A stretch of 64,000 bases of DNA from Octopus sinensis (taxonomy: Eukaryota): assembly GCF_006345805.1 (NCBI RefSeq), contig NC_043010.1, forward strand, positions 46,686,001 to 46,750,000, in the 5' to 3' direction. The first letter of the stretch is position 1. Every line of letters begins with the position of its first letter. This document shows positions 14,224-27,704 of the stretch, piece by piece. The position numbers were made by a program, and so were the translations under genes. The notes under the pieces were generated by a model. That model saw only the letters and a program-made list of their open reading frames with translations. It did not search any database and was not told the origin of the DNA.

Positions 14224-14472
14224 AGCTTGCTATCAGTCTACTCCTGGGTTTCCTGTTGGTTGGCTCTGCTTGAAGAATTTGTCTTTAATTCTTTCCTGTG
14301 ACATCTTAATCACATGCCCATAATACAGGAGCTAAGATCCCAAATGGGCTTCTGAGTTATTCATTTTATAAATTGTCGAAGAACTTTCTTACAGCTACAA
14401 CTGACAATTTAACAGAAAAATTTGTTTAGAATGCTAATCTGCAACAGACAAAGTGGTCTGCCACGAATTAGG

Positions 14473-14706
14473 AAGGTGGTGTGTTGGCAGAACGTTAGCA
14501 CACTGGGTGAAATGCTTAGCAGTATTTCGTCTGCCGTTATGTTCTGAGTTCAAATTCTGCCGAGGTCGACTTTGCCTTTCATCCTTTCAGGGTCGATAAA
14601 TTAAGTACCAGTTATGCACTGGGGTCAATGCAGTCGACTTAATCTGTGTGTCTGTCCTTGTTTGTCCCCTCTATGTTTAGCCCTTTGTGGGCAATAAAGA
14701 AATAAG
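14473..14706 (+). mobile_element. SINE family A (central gactttgcctttcatcctttc domain)
   Basis: tRNA-like head with gagttcaaattc B-box; many copies in the window. Confidence 0.9.
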
Positions 14707-14859
14707 AGTTAGTAAATAATACAAAGATAATGGAACAGTCTATTAAGAAAAAATCGCAAATCTTACTACAGCCATTCAGTTGTCACCTTGGGCAAGCCAA
14801 TTTTTTTCTACTCAGTTCAATAGCACAAGATTGTATTTCCATAAATATTTGGCTTTATC

Positions 14860-15115
14860 ATCATCATCATCATTTAACATCCATTTTCCATGCTGGCATG
14901 GGTTGGACAGTTTGGCAGGAGCTGGTGAGCCAGAAGACAACACCAGGCTTCAGCATGTGTTTTGGCATGGTTTTTATAGATGGATGTCCTTCTTAATGAC
15001 AACTACTTTACAGAGTGGACTGGGTACTTTTGAGATGGCACCAGCACTTGCAATGTCTGTTTTGGCATGTTTTTTTTATGGCTGGATGCCCTCCCTAATG
15101 CCAACTATCTTACAA
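14860..15115 (-). mobile_element. RTE 3'-UTR-type short element with (GAT)n tail
   Basis: catcatcatttaacatccattttccatgctggcatgggttggacag motif; related copies near 8600, 19585, 20825, 21450, 23850, 27030, 37080, 57850, 59940 and 63620. Confidence 0.8.
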
Positions 15116-16107
15116 GAAAGGGAAAAAAAAAACATTACACAGTTCTACAAAAGTAAAACACCTCCAGTACTAATCCCTAAATGACCTTCATCTGATCTAT
15201 AAAAGTACAGTTGAATTATTACATAAAACTTACATATTTTCTACTCTCTTGCTCAAAACAGAATACACCATGTAATAATTCATTTTACATCAAATTTATT
15301 CAATAAAACACTCAGCAATTTTTTTGTTTTACTAGGTATTGTCTTAGCAAGAAATTAAAAGAATTCTTTTCATATATTTAAGAAGCCACTCATCTATCAT
15401 TATGCTAGACTGTCAAGATGAATTACAGCTTTTGTATAGGTACATTCTAAACCCAAGATGTTCCAATATTTTCCTACACAGCCACTATTTAAAGATATTT
15501 ATAGAGTAAATTATCTTACACTGAAACCAACATTTACATACATTTATCTTTCAAACAATTTATGTAATTTTAAATATCTTACAACTAAGGTAACAGCTAA
15601 ATGGATATCCAGTTGAGAGATACTTGAAACAGAAACCAAAATTCCTCCAAAATGCATCCTACTTACTTGAAAAAAAAAAGGACATATTGGACAATGTAGC
15701 CCAAGGAATACAAAAATACAGAAAGGTTGCTGGAAGCAGGCCTTTGACCTGGGATTAAATAACAACAAACTAGAAACCAGCATGTATAGATTTTCAACAA
15801 CTTCTACATCAACAAAATATACAGAAACACTCTAGACAAGAGGAATAGCTCCATAGGGTCAACATGCAGAAGCTATAGTAAGTTATGACAAAGAAAAGAA
15901 ATATTGAGTATTTTTGAATGACTGGAAATGAATAATAACTATGATTGTTTGCTAATAAGGGAGCCTCTATAATGATGATCAAAGCTGCAAGAAATAGCAA
16001 CAAAATCTCCCTTATACTATACCCTACTGTCTTTAAAAAGAAAAAGACATAGTGCGAATTATAGATCAGGAAACACTATTGCTGTGAATAAGATGAATTG
16101 AATGCTT

Positions 16108-16179
16108 TTGATCATAGATTTGTTTGATCATAGATTTGTTTGATCATAGATTTGTTTGATCATAGATTTGTTTGATCAA
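16108..16179. repeat. 16-bp minisatellite (tttgatcatagatttg), about 4.5 copies
   Basis: Seen directly. Confidence 0.9.
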
Positions 16180-16962
16180 GGCCAACTGGAGGAGGAGGAA
16201 GCGGAGGATGAGAGGAGGCGGAGGCGGAGGTGGGGAGAAGGGGAGGAGGGGGATTATGGGAGGAGGGTAGTAGTGGTGGGGGGGGGGAAGAGGCAGAGGA
16301 GGAGGCATGCATTTCCAAAGTTCAATTAGAACATTATCATAAGCAGGGACATAAACTCTAAAAATTTTAGCTTACCCAGTAATTTACTCAACCCCAATGG
16401 CTCTGAATCATGCTGAAATCCATTTAATAGTAAATCCTGAGGAATCAAGACTGATACGACCTTGTGAAGTAAGGGCTGATGTGATATTTCTTGGCTTCAG
16501 ATTTATACAGTGAAATATTCAATAAAGCATCTTCTCATTCAGCCTTTAGTTTATCCACCACCCTGGGATATTCAATGAGAGTTTTACACGGAATAAACTA
16601 ATATATTTTCCAGCTTCTGCTGCAATTATCATATACGATTGTATTGTCATTGCTATCATTCCCATCATTGGCATCATTGCTATCGTCATCATCATCAATA
16701 ATGACAATAATAACAATGACAGAGATGAAAACGATGAGATTCCAATGCCTCTTTTTACTTATTATCTGGGTTTACTTATTATTTGCTACAATATTTTCAG
16801 TCGATTTAGTTCTTTTATCATCTCTTGGATGCTGCTAAATATTTTTGAGATCTGATTTGATTATTTGCAACATCTTTGGTCTTCTTCTGCCAAGAGTGCC
16901 CTCCCAGAACGGACAGCAATTTCAGTCATTATCCATTCACATCACTGACCATATCAAAACAG

Positions 16963-17340
16963 GAGGTGCAATGGCCCAGTGGTTAGGGCAGCGGACTCGC
17001 GGTCATAGGATCGCGGTTTTGATTCCCAGACCGGGCGTTGTGAGTGTTTATTGAGCGAAAACACCTAAAGTTCCACGAGCCTCTGGCAGGGATAGTGGTG
17101 ATCCCTGCTGTACTCTTTCACCACAACTTTCTCTCACTCTTACTTCCTGTTTCTGTTGTACCTGTATTTCAAAGGGCCGGCCTTGTCACTCTCTGTGTCA
17201 CGCTGAATATCCCTGAGAACTACGTTAAGGGTACACATGTCTGTGGAGTGCTCAGCCACTTACACGTTAATTTCACGAGCAGGCTGTTCCGTTGATCAGA
17301 TCAACCGGAACCCTCGTCGTCGTAACCAACGGAGTGCTTC
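16963..17340 (+). mobile_element. tRNA-derived SINE (head type 1, tail type Y)
   Basis: ggaggtgcaatggcccagtggttagggcagcgg head; tail gtacctgtatttcaaagggcc...tcaaccggaaccctcgtc. Confidence 0.9.
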
Positions 17341-18329
17341 CATCCATATCAAAACAATTACTACTTCTACCATATACTTCCACACACTTCAATGGATGCC
17401 TTTAATGCCCAACTGCACTCTCAGATAACTTATGACCAGCTTCACATGCAGGTTAACAGTGTAAATCCAACAAGTGATGCTCGTTTCTAACAACAAATCT
17501 TTTATCTTATACATGTTTCAGTCATTGGATTGTGGCTATGCTGGAGTACCACCTTTGAAGGATTTTAAGTCAAACAGACAGACCCCAGTAGTTATTTTTC
17601 TTTTAAAGCTTTTTTTCTTTCTAATTCTATTGAGCAAGGACATGGTTGTCAAGCAGTGGTTGTCAAGCAGTGGGAGAAGTGGAAACAAAAACAAACACAG
17701 TGAAGGAACCTCTATGCAGTCAATAGAGACACTTGGAAATAGAAACCAAATTTCCTTCAAAGTGCATCCAACTTATTTGAAAAAAAATGGACATATTGGA
17801 CAATGTAGTCCATGGTACACAAAAATACAGGATGGGCTTCTTTCAGCTTCTGCCTAAAAAATCCACTCACAAGGTTTTGGTCAACCCAGGGCTATAGTAG
17901 AAGAGACTTTCTCAAGGTGACATGCAGGAGGACTGAACATGGAGCCATATGGAAGAGAAGCAAATTACTTACCACTCAGCCCCACCTGTTCAATATCGTG
18001 TATCATTACCATGTGATATTATATTTCTCGCACATGCTTCATATAAGTATGCTGTAAAATGTAGAGAGAAATCTTGTTGCCACTTAATTTCTGGCTTTGT
18101 TTACTCAAGCTGCTAATTAGTTCACCTAGCTATCAGAATCTATTAATTACATCTAAGGTACTGTCTATGATGTTCATTGATTAGCTGTTCCTATTGCTAG
18201 CACTCTCATGCATCTATCACACTGATAGCCTGGTTTGGTGTCAGGCTGCCAGAGATCTCATTGCATTTCTTTTAACCCATTTTTATGGCTTGAATACAGA
18301 ATATTAAGTTTCAGGTAATTGCTTACCTT

Positions 18330-18700
18330 ATGTACAGCAATGCTACATGGCAGTAAAATACAGGCTATGAATGCAGAGGACATGAAAAGACTAGAAAGAA
18401 ATTAAGCTACCATGCTCAGCAAATGTGTTGAGAGAAAAAATGGGCATAAAAGGCATCAGATGTAGTGTGCAAGAGAGAACACTGTGCTAGTATGGTCATG
18501 TGAAGCATGAGGACAGTTGCATAAAGAAATGGCAATGACTTCTTTATGCAGCTGAAACTTGTGGAAGAGGGAAACCCAGGAAAATGTGGAATGAAGCAGT
18601 GAAGACCAACCTAAAGTCGTTGAGCTGTATGGAGGAGAGGAGAAAGGACTGAGATGATTGCTCTACTTGAGAAAACCATCCATCACTGCAAAGATAAGAA
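18330..18700 (+). mobile_element. Degraded RTE LINE 3' fragment
   Basis: Similar to 2290-2690 (aggcatcagatgt...gtgcaagagagaa; gaagagggaaacccaggaaaatgtgg). Confidence 0.75.
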
Positions 18701-19001
18701 CCTAAAAGCATATTGCTTCTGTCCATGCCCTCACACCCAATTTGTACTTGTCAAGTCTTCCCCACGACACATCTTTCTAATATCCATTCCTCCATCACTC
18801 TTATAACTATAACACTATTTACTGAGCTCCTGTAATTATATGGAAATAGAACTGCACAAGCAACCCTGGACTCTAGGGATAAAGCCTCAAGAACTATAAT
18901 GAACAGAGGGAATGGTGAACAGAGGCATGAAGAAATCCTAACTCACTAAGCTCATTGCCAAGCCTAACTCGGCTAACAGCATTCTCATTCATAATTTACA
19001 A

Positions 19002-19284
19002 TAGTGGGACTCAACTGGGGTCCGTACAAGGTCTTGTTAAAGTTTATGTGCAATAAATTAGTTATACTTCTACAATGCACAAAATATTAAAATTTTTTTT
19101 TAATACACAAAATATTAAAATTTTTTTTTAATATACAAAATATTAATTTTTTTTTAATACAATTCCTAATATTTGATTATAATAACAGATTTTTTAAAAA
19201 AAACATTGAATTGGTATGAAGGTCCAAGTAGTGTAAAATAGGAACCAAAAGGGTCCATAAGCAAAAAATGGTTGAGAAACACTG
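19002..19284. mobile_element. hAT/Charlie-type MITE
   Basis: TIRs tagtgggactcaac and gttgagaaacactg; 8-bp TSD atttacaa/atctacaa (7 of 8 match); internal ~28-bp triple tandem repeat. Confidence 0.75.
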
Positions 19285-19878
19285 ATCTACAAGGCTCCCA
19301 CAAGTCATTCATCTAATTCTGTAATTCTTCAAAATAAATAAATGAAGAGTAGTAAAATGTCATTACATTGTAGATGTTAAAGGGATTACCTAACTACTAA
19401 AGTACTAAAATAAGTACTAAAAATGAAATGTCCCACTAGTTATTTGCACAATAAAATTATATGAAATATTTTGAAGGTGTCCCTAAAGTTGATCAAAAAA
19501 TCACCAAAAATCGTTTCAAGCAGACCAATTATTTCACCAGATTATATTCTTTGAAATATAATATAAAAAAATTTATTGACTCCTTCTCATCATCATTTAA
19601 TGTCTGTTTACCATGCTGGCATGGGTTGTTAGATGGTTTGACTAGAACTAGTAAGCCAGAGAGCTGAACCAGACTCCAGTCTGATTTGGCTTGGTTTCTA
19701 CGGCTGGATGCCTTTCCTAATGCTAACCACTCTACAGAGTGTATTGGGTGTCTTTTACATGTCCCCAGCACAGGTATCTTTTCTTTCTTACTCCAAATGA
19801 TATGTGTCCATGTGACTGCCATATGAGTTGTTAACTAAGAGCATGACAACTGTAGATGGCCAGGTGAGGTAATATTAA

Positions 19879-20100
19879 CCCTTTTGTTACCAACCCAGCT
19901 GAAACCGGTTCTGGCTCTGTAATACAAATGTCTTTATTTCATAAGTTTTTAATTAAAATCTTCCACCAAACCTTAGTCACAATTTATATTCCTAACGCTA
20001 ACTGAATAATAGCTAAGTTATTTTACTAAATTCTTTGTTATATTTAAAATTAATTGAAAGAAACACAGAGCATCTCAAAATAAATACAGTAACAAAAAGG
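19879..20100 (+). mobile_element. piggyBac-type MITE family PA
   Basis: TTAA|CCCTTTTGTTAC ... GTAACAAAAAGG|TTAA; four copies in the window. Confidence 0.88.
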
Positions 20101-21048
20101 TTAAGTTTGAAGAACACAAAGTACTACAGAGAACACACAGATTCACAAGTCAGAAATGAAATTAAGTTTAAGTTCCTTGTTGAAGCCATTTCAATGTAAT
20201 TACACCACTTGGAAAAGACAGTGATAGCATGCAATCTTACTGCTCATTTCCTATAAATCTCTAAGATTTTGGATAAGGAAACCAATATGAAGTATGGAGT
20301 ACCAGTTAATACTAGTCTGTGCACTAATATTAGCAAAAACAACTACTACAAATAAACATACCTTGTAAACAACAAGCTGTATCTATATACAAGGTCTTGT
20401 CTGTTGCTATTTATGTTCCATTTGATGTAATTACCATCTGTAGAACATTTAGTGAGTATGTTGCTATAACAGCATGGTAGTTCATGTGTTTCATATTTGA
20501 AATGTTGTATAATGTTCTTCAAATGAAAGCATTTTAACAGCCATATGTTGTAAAAAAGAAAGCTTAGCAATTTTACAGCAGAAATTTTAATTTTCAACAT
20601 TTATTTGTGTAATAATATCAGTGTAGAACATAGGAAGACATACCAAAATGACAACAAAGCACTCCAATTAGAACTTAAGTGATAATACAAAGGCTAGACT
20701 AAAGAATTCAATAATTAACCATTTTGATTCCACCTGAGAATATGATTCATAAGATATTCTTAAAATCTCCTGCTTTGAGGTGTTTTTGTTTAAAGTAGGA
20801 AACTTAAGTTCTAAATACAAACTTATCATCATCATCATCATCATCATCATTTAATGTCCATTTCCCCATGCTGGCATGCATTGGACAGTTTGACAGGAGC
20901 TGGTAAACCAGAAAACTACACCAGGCTTCACCATCTGTTTTGGCAAGGTTTTTACAGCAGGATGCCCTTTCTAATGCCAATCACTTTACAGAGTGGACTG
21001 AGCACTTTTTACATGGCACCAGCACTGATGAGATCTAAAAAATTAGGT

Positions 21049-21262
21049 GGCAATAAGCTGGCAGAATCATTAGCATGCCAGACAAAATGCTTAGCAGCAT
21101 TTCATCCATCTTTATGTTCTAAGTTCAAATTCCACTGAGGTCGACTTTCCTTTCATCCTTGTGGGATCAATAAAATAAGTACCAGTTGAGCACCAGGGTC
21201 AATGTAAATGATTAGCACCCTCCCTCGAACTTGCTGGCCTTGTGCTAAAATTCGAAACAAAT
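21049..21262 (+). mobile_element. SINE family A
   Basis: gagttc/aagttcaaattcc B-box followed by gtcgactttcctttcatcctt. Confidence 0.85.
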
Positions 21263-21449
21263 ATCAAAAAAATTAGTTCTTTTACTAAATTTTTTCCAAA
21301 TTATTGATTGCATTTCAAAATTTATTGACAGTAACTAACTAGCACTCCATCAGTTATGACGACAAGGGTTCCAGTTGATCTAATCTACAAAACAACTTAT
21401 TAAATTAATGTACAAGTGGCTGAGCACTCCACAGACGTGCATACACTTA

Positions 21450-21873
21450 ACATAGTTCTCAAGGAAATTCAGCCTGACACTCTGGCACCTGTGTCAGTGG
21501 CACATAAGAAAAACACCGAAAACACCATATCCGAGCGTGGCCGTCTGCCAGCCTCGTCTGGCACCTGTGTCGGTGGCACATAAAAAACACCATCCGAGCG
21601 TGGCCGTCTGCCAGCCTCGTCTGGCACCTATGTTGGTGGCACATAAAAAACATCATCCGAGCGTGGCCGTCTGCCAGCCTCGTCTGGCACCTGTGTCGGT
21701 GGCACATAAAATCACCCACTACACTCTCGGAGTGGTTGGCGTTAGGAAGGGCATCCAGCTGTAGAAACACTGCCAGATCTGACTGGCCTGGTGCAGCCTT
21801 CGGGCTTGCCAGACCCCAGTTGAACCGTCCAACCCATGCTAGCATGGAAAGCGGACGTTAAACGATGATGATG
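21450..21873 (+). mobile_element. Young RTE 3'-UTR-type element with internal ~63-bp minisatellite and (GAT)n tail
   Basis: About 3.5 copies of ggcacctgtgtcggtggcacataaaaaacaccatccgagcgtggccgtctgccagcctcgtct; ends gttaaacgatgatgatgac; CpGs intact. Confidence 0.88.
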
Positions 21874-22109
21874 ACAGAAAGTGATGAAACTGGACCTTTC
21901 AGTGTATTACATTTACAATATAGTCACAATAAAGCAACAAGTAAAAGCATGAGACATTGGGGTCATTAGAGTATAATATATATCCCAGATAAGGCATGGG
22001 CATTTTTGTATAGACTAGAAATAAAAGTAAACTTACTAGGAAACATAGAAGAGCAGAAACTAGAATTCCACTATATATTCATAATTCCATAAAGTTTGTG
22101 TGAATTTAA

Positions 22110-22554
22110 CCCTTTATCATTTAACCCTTTTGTTACTAACCCGGCCAAAACTAGCTCTGGCTCTGTGGTAAAATGTCTTGTTTTCATAAGTTTTGAATTA
22201 AAATATTCCACCAAGCCTTAGTCACAATTTACGTTCCTAACACTAGCTTAATGATAACAAAGTTATTTTACTAAATTCTTTGTTATATTTAAAATAATTG
22301 AAAGAAACACAGGGCATCTCAAAATAAATACAGTAATGAAAGGGTTAAACCAGGCATATCCAGCACAAATATTCTACCTGTTTGTTGTTCAAAGGCCAGA
22401 TCAAGTCTCTGACACCTGTCCTACAATGTCTTTCTAAAAATAAAACAATCATATGATCAAAATCCCCAAACCATGAGATAATGCATGATTAATTAATTCA
22501 AAAGAATGTGAAAATAGGCTTTACATTTGACAGAAAAATCTGAATGCTAAACTG
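22110..22554 (+). mobile_element. piggyBac-type MITE PB with MITE PA (22125-22344) inserted at an internal TTAA
   Basis: ttaa|ccctttatcat-TTAA-[PA]-TTAA-accaggcatatcc ... gctaaactg|ttaa. Confidence 0.82.
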
Positions 22555-23246
22555 TTAATTTTATTGTTTGTTTCAATTTTGCAAAAGGGTAACAAAATTG
22601 AAAATATATTTTCTGACATAAAATAAATTTCATTTTTTTTCAAAATGAAACAAAACTAACAGTAAGATGGAAAATAATGTTTATTTTTGTAAACTTCCAC
22701 TTCACTTATATTTGAAAAGTTTACTTCTTTTTTTAATTGCAAAATCTTTGATCAGATCCTCAAAATTATTCTTACATAATTCTGTTTTTATATTTAGTAA
22801 AGATAAGGCATCTTGAATATTATTTCAGCAAGTTTTAAAATGATTTCTTTTGTACCATAAGCCATTTACCATTTCTGTGTGCCTCCTTCCCTTTATGCAC
22901 TAAGCATGTGCTTATATTGCTTCTTGGGTAATCCAGCTCTGACAAACACAAACATTTTTTCTCATTTTCTATGACAACTGGTGAACAATATTATCATTAA
23001 TTACAGGTTTGCAATAGATGAATCACCATTTTATGGTATTTCTACCATGAATCATTACAGAAAAATATTCTTAAGAATATTCTTGAAGAGCAACAGTTTT
23101 TCAGTTTTCTCATCCTTTAGTTCACTTACGTTTGCTTGTGACGGACGTATACATACAAGTGTGTGCGTGTGTTTGTATATTATATATATATATAAATATT
23201 ACAAAGGTACGGATGTATATATATATATATATACACATACATATAC

Positions 23247-23297
<51 letters not shown>

Positions 23298-24405
23298 TAC
23301 ATCTGTACCTTTGTAATATTTATTCATTTTACAGGTGTTAGAGTATTCTATATCTGCAAGATTTGGTATTCTTACTCTATAACAGCAGTTTTGCCTGTTC
23401 TGGAATATAAAGTTTCTATGTCAAGAGTTTTAATGAGTAAAACATCTTAGTTGTCTTCTAAACTCAAAGGAAGGAGTTATCCAAATATGCAACAAAACAG
23501 TAGCAGTCTTGTTACATTGTAACTTTAATCAGCTCAGATCTAGCAGGCCAGTAGTTAGTCAGTGAAAAGATTAGGTACAATGCACAGATCCAGGGCTCCA
23601 GATATGACATATTTCAGCCCAATTAAGAACCACACTGCACATTCCACCATCCTGTAGCTTATTATATATGGTGCATATCAGATGTTCTTTAGTGTCCTGT
23701 TTGCCTGTATGCTTGTAGTTTTGTATTGCACTTGCTGGGGAATCGAAAAATAACTGATTCTACTCAGTTATTTTTCAATAGAATGCAAAATTGCAGAAAA
23801 AACAGATGTTACCCAAAATAAAAAGAAGAAATACACTGCAATCGTCGTCGTCGTCGTCATCCTCCAACATGCATTTTCCATACTGGAATGGGCTGGACGG
23901 TTTGGTCTGATTTGCTTGGATTCTATGGCTGGATGCCCTCCCTAAAACCAACCACTTTACAGTGTATATACTGGGTGATTTTTACGTGGAACGACACCAC
24001 AGTTAAAGTAAGAGAGACTGACTCGGTCACAATTCATCAGTTGCTGTTCTTTTATACATATTTCTGTAGTGATGTGCATCTCAGCACAATATTAGGGGCT
24101 AATGAGGTTTTTTGTATCATTGCAATGTTGAGTGTATGAGCTTTTGAATTCATTTAACCATAACAAAACAAAGACAGTGCTTTTATGATGGCATTGTAGG
24201 TGTGTCTGAATTTTGAGGGTAATTGAACATTTAATGTCAAAGACATCAAATTTTAGCACTTACACTCCTTCTTCCTGGTAGTATTTGATTTGGAGTATTT
24301 TGGATGCAACGTGCAACCTGATATGAAGTATATGCTTTTTTTTCTTTGTTATGGCTGTTGTTGTCCAATCCAAAGTCATCCTTGATCAATCATACCTATG
24401 ATTAA

Positions 24406-24573
24406 CCCCTTAGCATTCAAACCCATCATATCCATCCCAAGTATCCTACCCTACAATGTCATTCTAAAAATAAACAATCTCATCATGAAAATCTCAAAGC
24501 TATAAGATAACACGTGATTAATTCAAAACAATATGAATAAATAATTTGAGTGAGTAATCTCAATGCTGAAGGG
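24406..24573 (+). mobile_element. piggyBac-type MITE PB (shorter copy)
   Basis: TTAA|CCCCTTAGCATT ... AATGCTGAAGGG|TTAA. Confidence 0.82.
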
Positions 24574-25314
24574 TTAAGGGCATTTCTGCATTAAATATCT
24601 TTTATTTTTCCCAACACAGTCCTTCTATGATCACATTATACAATGTATCCTCCTCTAAGATGATAAAGTGGGATTTGTATAAGATTTGGTTACTATTTCT
24701 AACATATTGAGCATGGAAGCTTCCTATGATTTTTGTAGTTTGCAGTGAAAAGATCTGGAAATGGTACAGATAAAACAAGCATTTAATGGATCTAATATAT
24801 CATTTCTACACTGGTGTTGTTTTTATTTATTGTTTCTTTTCCTTTTGCATTAGCTAAATGTACTTCCTGTGAGTGCTTTTAAAATGTTTGTGTAGGATTT
24901 CACCTTTTCTATGATCAACTCAACAATTATACCTTCAACCAGCAGAGTTTGGTCAAGCCCACACAAGAACTTCTCTGAGCTTGCCAGATCACTTATCAAT
25001 AATTCTTGGTTTATTAAATTCATCTCTGCCTCTAGAGGATGTGTCATAATTATCAAAATAATAATGAAGACCAGCTCCATTTGAGAGGAGGGAGATAATA
25101 TCAAGATTCAAGAACTCTCTGAAACTGATATGTCATTAAGGAAAATGACAAGCTTATTGTCTGGAGATAAGAAGATAGTCATGAACATATTTCTGATTCC
25201 ATAACCATCACCAGCATGACAATTTTCAAACCTTATTTCCAGTAGCCAAAGGATTTAGACTTCTGTAAAACAGAGGAAAAGACATTTACAGCCTAGGTAA
25301 TTTGCATAATTTAA

Positions 25315-25766
25315 CCCTTTCGTTACCAACCCGGCTGAAACTGGCTCTGGATCTGGCTCTGTAGTACAAATGTCTTGTTTTCATAAGTTTTACATTAAAA
25401 TATACCACCAAACCTTAGTCACAATTTATGCTCCTAACACTAGCTTAACCCATTAGCATTTAAACTGTCCATATCCGGCCAAAAGTATTCTGCCTGTTTT
25501 ATGTTCAAACTGGCCATATCTGGTCTCTCACACCAACCCTACAATATCGTTTTAAAAATTAACAGCTACCTCATCAAAATCTCATAGCTACAAGATAATG
25601 CATGATTAGTTCAAAACAATGTGGATAAAGAAGCATTAATTTTGGTAGAATAATGTGAACACTAAAGGGTTAATGACAACTAAGTTATTTTACTAAATTC
25701 TTTGTTATATTTAAAGTAATTGAAAGAAACACAGAGCATCTCAAAATAAATACAGTAACAAAAGGG
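25315..25766 (+). mobile_element. piggyBac-type MITE PA with MITE PB (25449-25669) inserted at an internal TTAA
   Basis: cactagc-TTAA-[cccattagcatt...actaaaggg]-TTAA-tgacaactaag; the uninterrupted site in the 22125 copy reads cactagcttaatgataac. Confidence 0.9.
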
Positions 25767-26334
25767 TTAAACAAAGTATGGTAAGAGAACTAACTCAAAG
25801 TAGCCAATGCTCATATGCAACATTTTCCCCACACTGTATTATATGTAGATATCTACTCATATCCATTTACCACCTATATCTGTACACTCACTTCTTTTGA
25901 GCATATCTGCAACATTCACTATTTTTAGGTATACTGTAATATGTTCATCCATTTGGCATATAATCCTTGATGTTGAAAATGAAGCTTCATATCATATGGA
26001 CAGTTTATTAATGTCAGTATGTGTCACAGCTACTTTGATATATTTAGAGAACATGAATGAAACCATTTTAACTTAATCATGCATTTTTGTTTATTTTCTT
26101 CAGAATTTACAATTCTCAATGAATCAAGACAACACTGAAGTGAAAATAGTACTTTAATACTAGTACCAATGGCTATTTTTATCCATTTCTTCATTTAATG
26201 TCAACCTAAATTTTAACCCCCTTGGAATGAAGGAACAAAATAAGAGAATGACTGAATGAATGAATACTATTCTGTATACTTCTTAACAACGTCACTATTC
26301 TTATCAAGTGAGAACTGTACATACACATGGACAC

Positions 26335-26369
<35 letters not shown>

Positions 26370-27704
26370 AGGTATACAATACACACAGCTATTGAAAAAA
26401 AGGGGAAACAGTATTGACTGAGCACAATAAAGAATGTCACATTTATGAAACATTAGTATTGCTCTTTATATCTTGAAGTGAAAATTTTCATGAAAGCTGA
26501 ACATTGGTTTCTGTATTTTATTTTTGTTGATTATAGTTGTCCTTAACAAAATTATAATAATAATTCAGTGATACAGTTTGAGGTACTTCTCATAGCATCA
26601 AAAATTGAGTAGGAAAGAAAACAAAGATAGCAACAAATCACTTGTGTTAAGATTCCTTTTAGAGCAAAAGGTCTTAAAGAAATGCTGGAAACTTCAGAAT
26701 TTAGTCTTGTATCTTTGGATCTACAATTCAAATCCTACCACATATACTTTCCTTTATCCATACTAAGTTGATAAAATAACTAGCAATCAAATATGGTCAC
26801 TTTATATGACTGTATCTAGAGCCTCCTTCAGTCATGGTGATGTGTTTAATCACGAACCTCCTTGACCCTCTTTTAATTTTGAGCCTCCTTCAATCTTGAG
26901 CCTCCTTTAATCTTGAGCTTCCTTCTATCATGGCTTACCATGGGTTTCTGTATCTCAAGGTAGGCCTGGGTAAGATTCTTTGTGTGTGTGTGTGTGTGTG
27001 TGGAAGACTAAAAGCTGCTCATGTCAGCAAGTCTCCTTTCTCCATGCTTCTGATGATGTTCAAAGGAAAGGCAATCTGATTTAGCAAGGTTTCTACAGCT
27101 AGATGCCCTTCCTAATGCCAACCACTCCAAGAGTAGTGGGTGCTTTTTATGTGCCACTGGTACAAGAGCCAGTCAGGCAGCACTGGCATCGACCATGTTC
27201 AGATGGTGCAACTGGCACGGTGAGCCAGTCAGGTGGCACTGGCATTGGCCATGACTACAATTTTGATTTTACTTAAATCAAAATAGGTCTTCTCAAGCAC
27301 AGCATATTGCCCAATGATTCTGGAGTACTTTTAAATGGGTTGGTTATGTGACACTGGTACTGGCCCTGGCTGCGATCTCACTTTACTTGCCAGGTCATTG
27401 GCTTTGATTTCGATTTCTGTATCTAGACAATATAAATAATATGTTCCAGGGTGAACTTCTTTAGTTCTTATTATCTAACTTTTCAAAATGCACTTAGATC
27501 AACTTTGCCTCTCATTCTTTCAGGACCAATGAAGAAAGTACCAGTTCAGTTCTTGGGTTAATTTTTCTTTGCTCCTCACCACACACACACACACATGCAC
27601 ACACACACACACACACACACACACAACTACTGCCATTTCCTCTTGGTAAAGTGAATTTTATATACTGAATATCATTAAAATCCTTAAAACTATCAACAGC
27701 AACA

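Noticed and set aside
16185-16300. G-rich tract as a regulatory G-quadruplex
   Set aside because: Degenerate (GGA)n low-complexity sequence with no supporting context.
16963-17035. SINE heads as tRNA genes (also 6302, 9310, 14473 and others)
   Set aside because: A and B boxes are present but there is no complete cloverleaf or acceptor stem, and they continue into SINE bodies.
21484-21710. Regular repeats superficially like a CRISPR array
   Set aside because: Head-to-tail units with no unique spacers, inside a eukaryotic retroelement.
24850-25104. 84-aa minus-strand ORF as a host exon
   Set aside because: No matching splice sites at its ends and no recognisable domain; the region looks like a decayed element.
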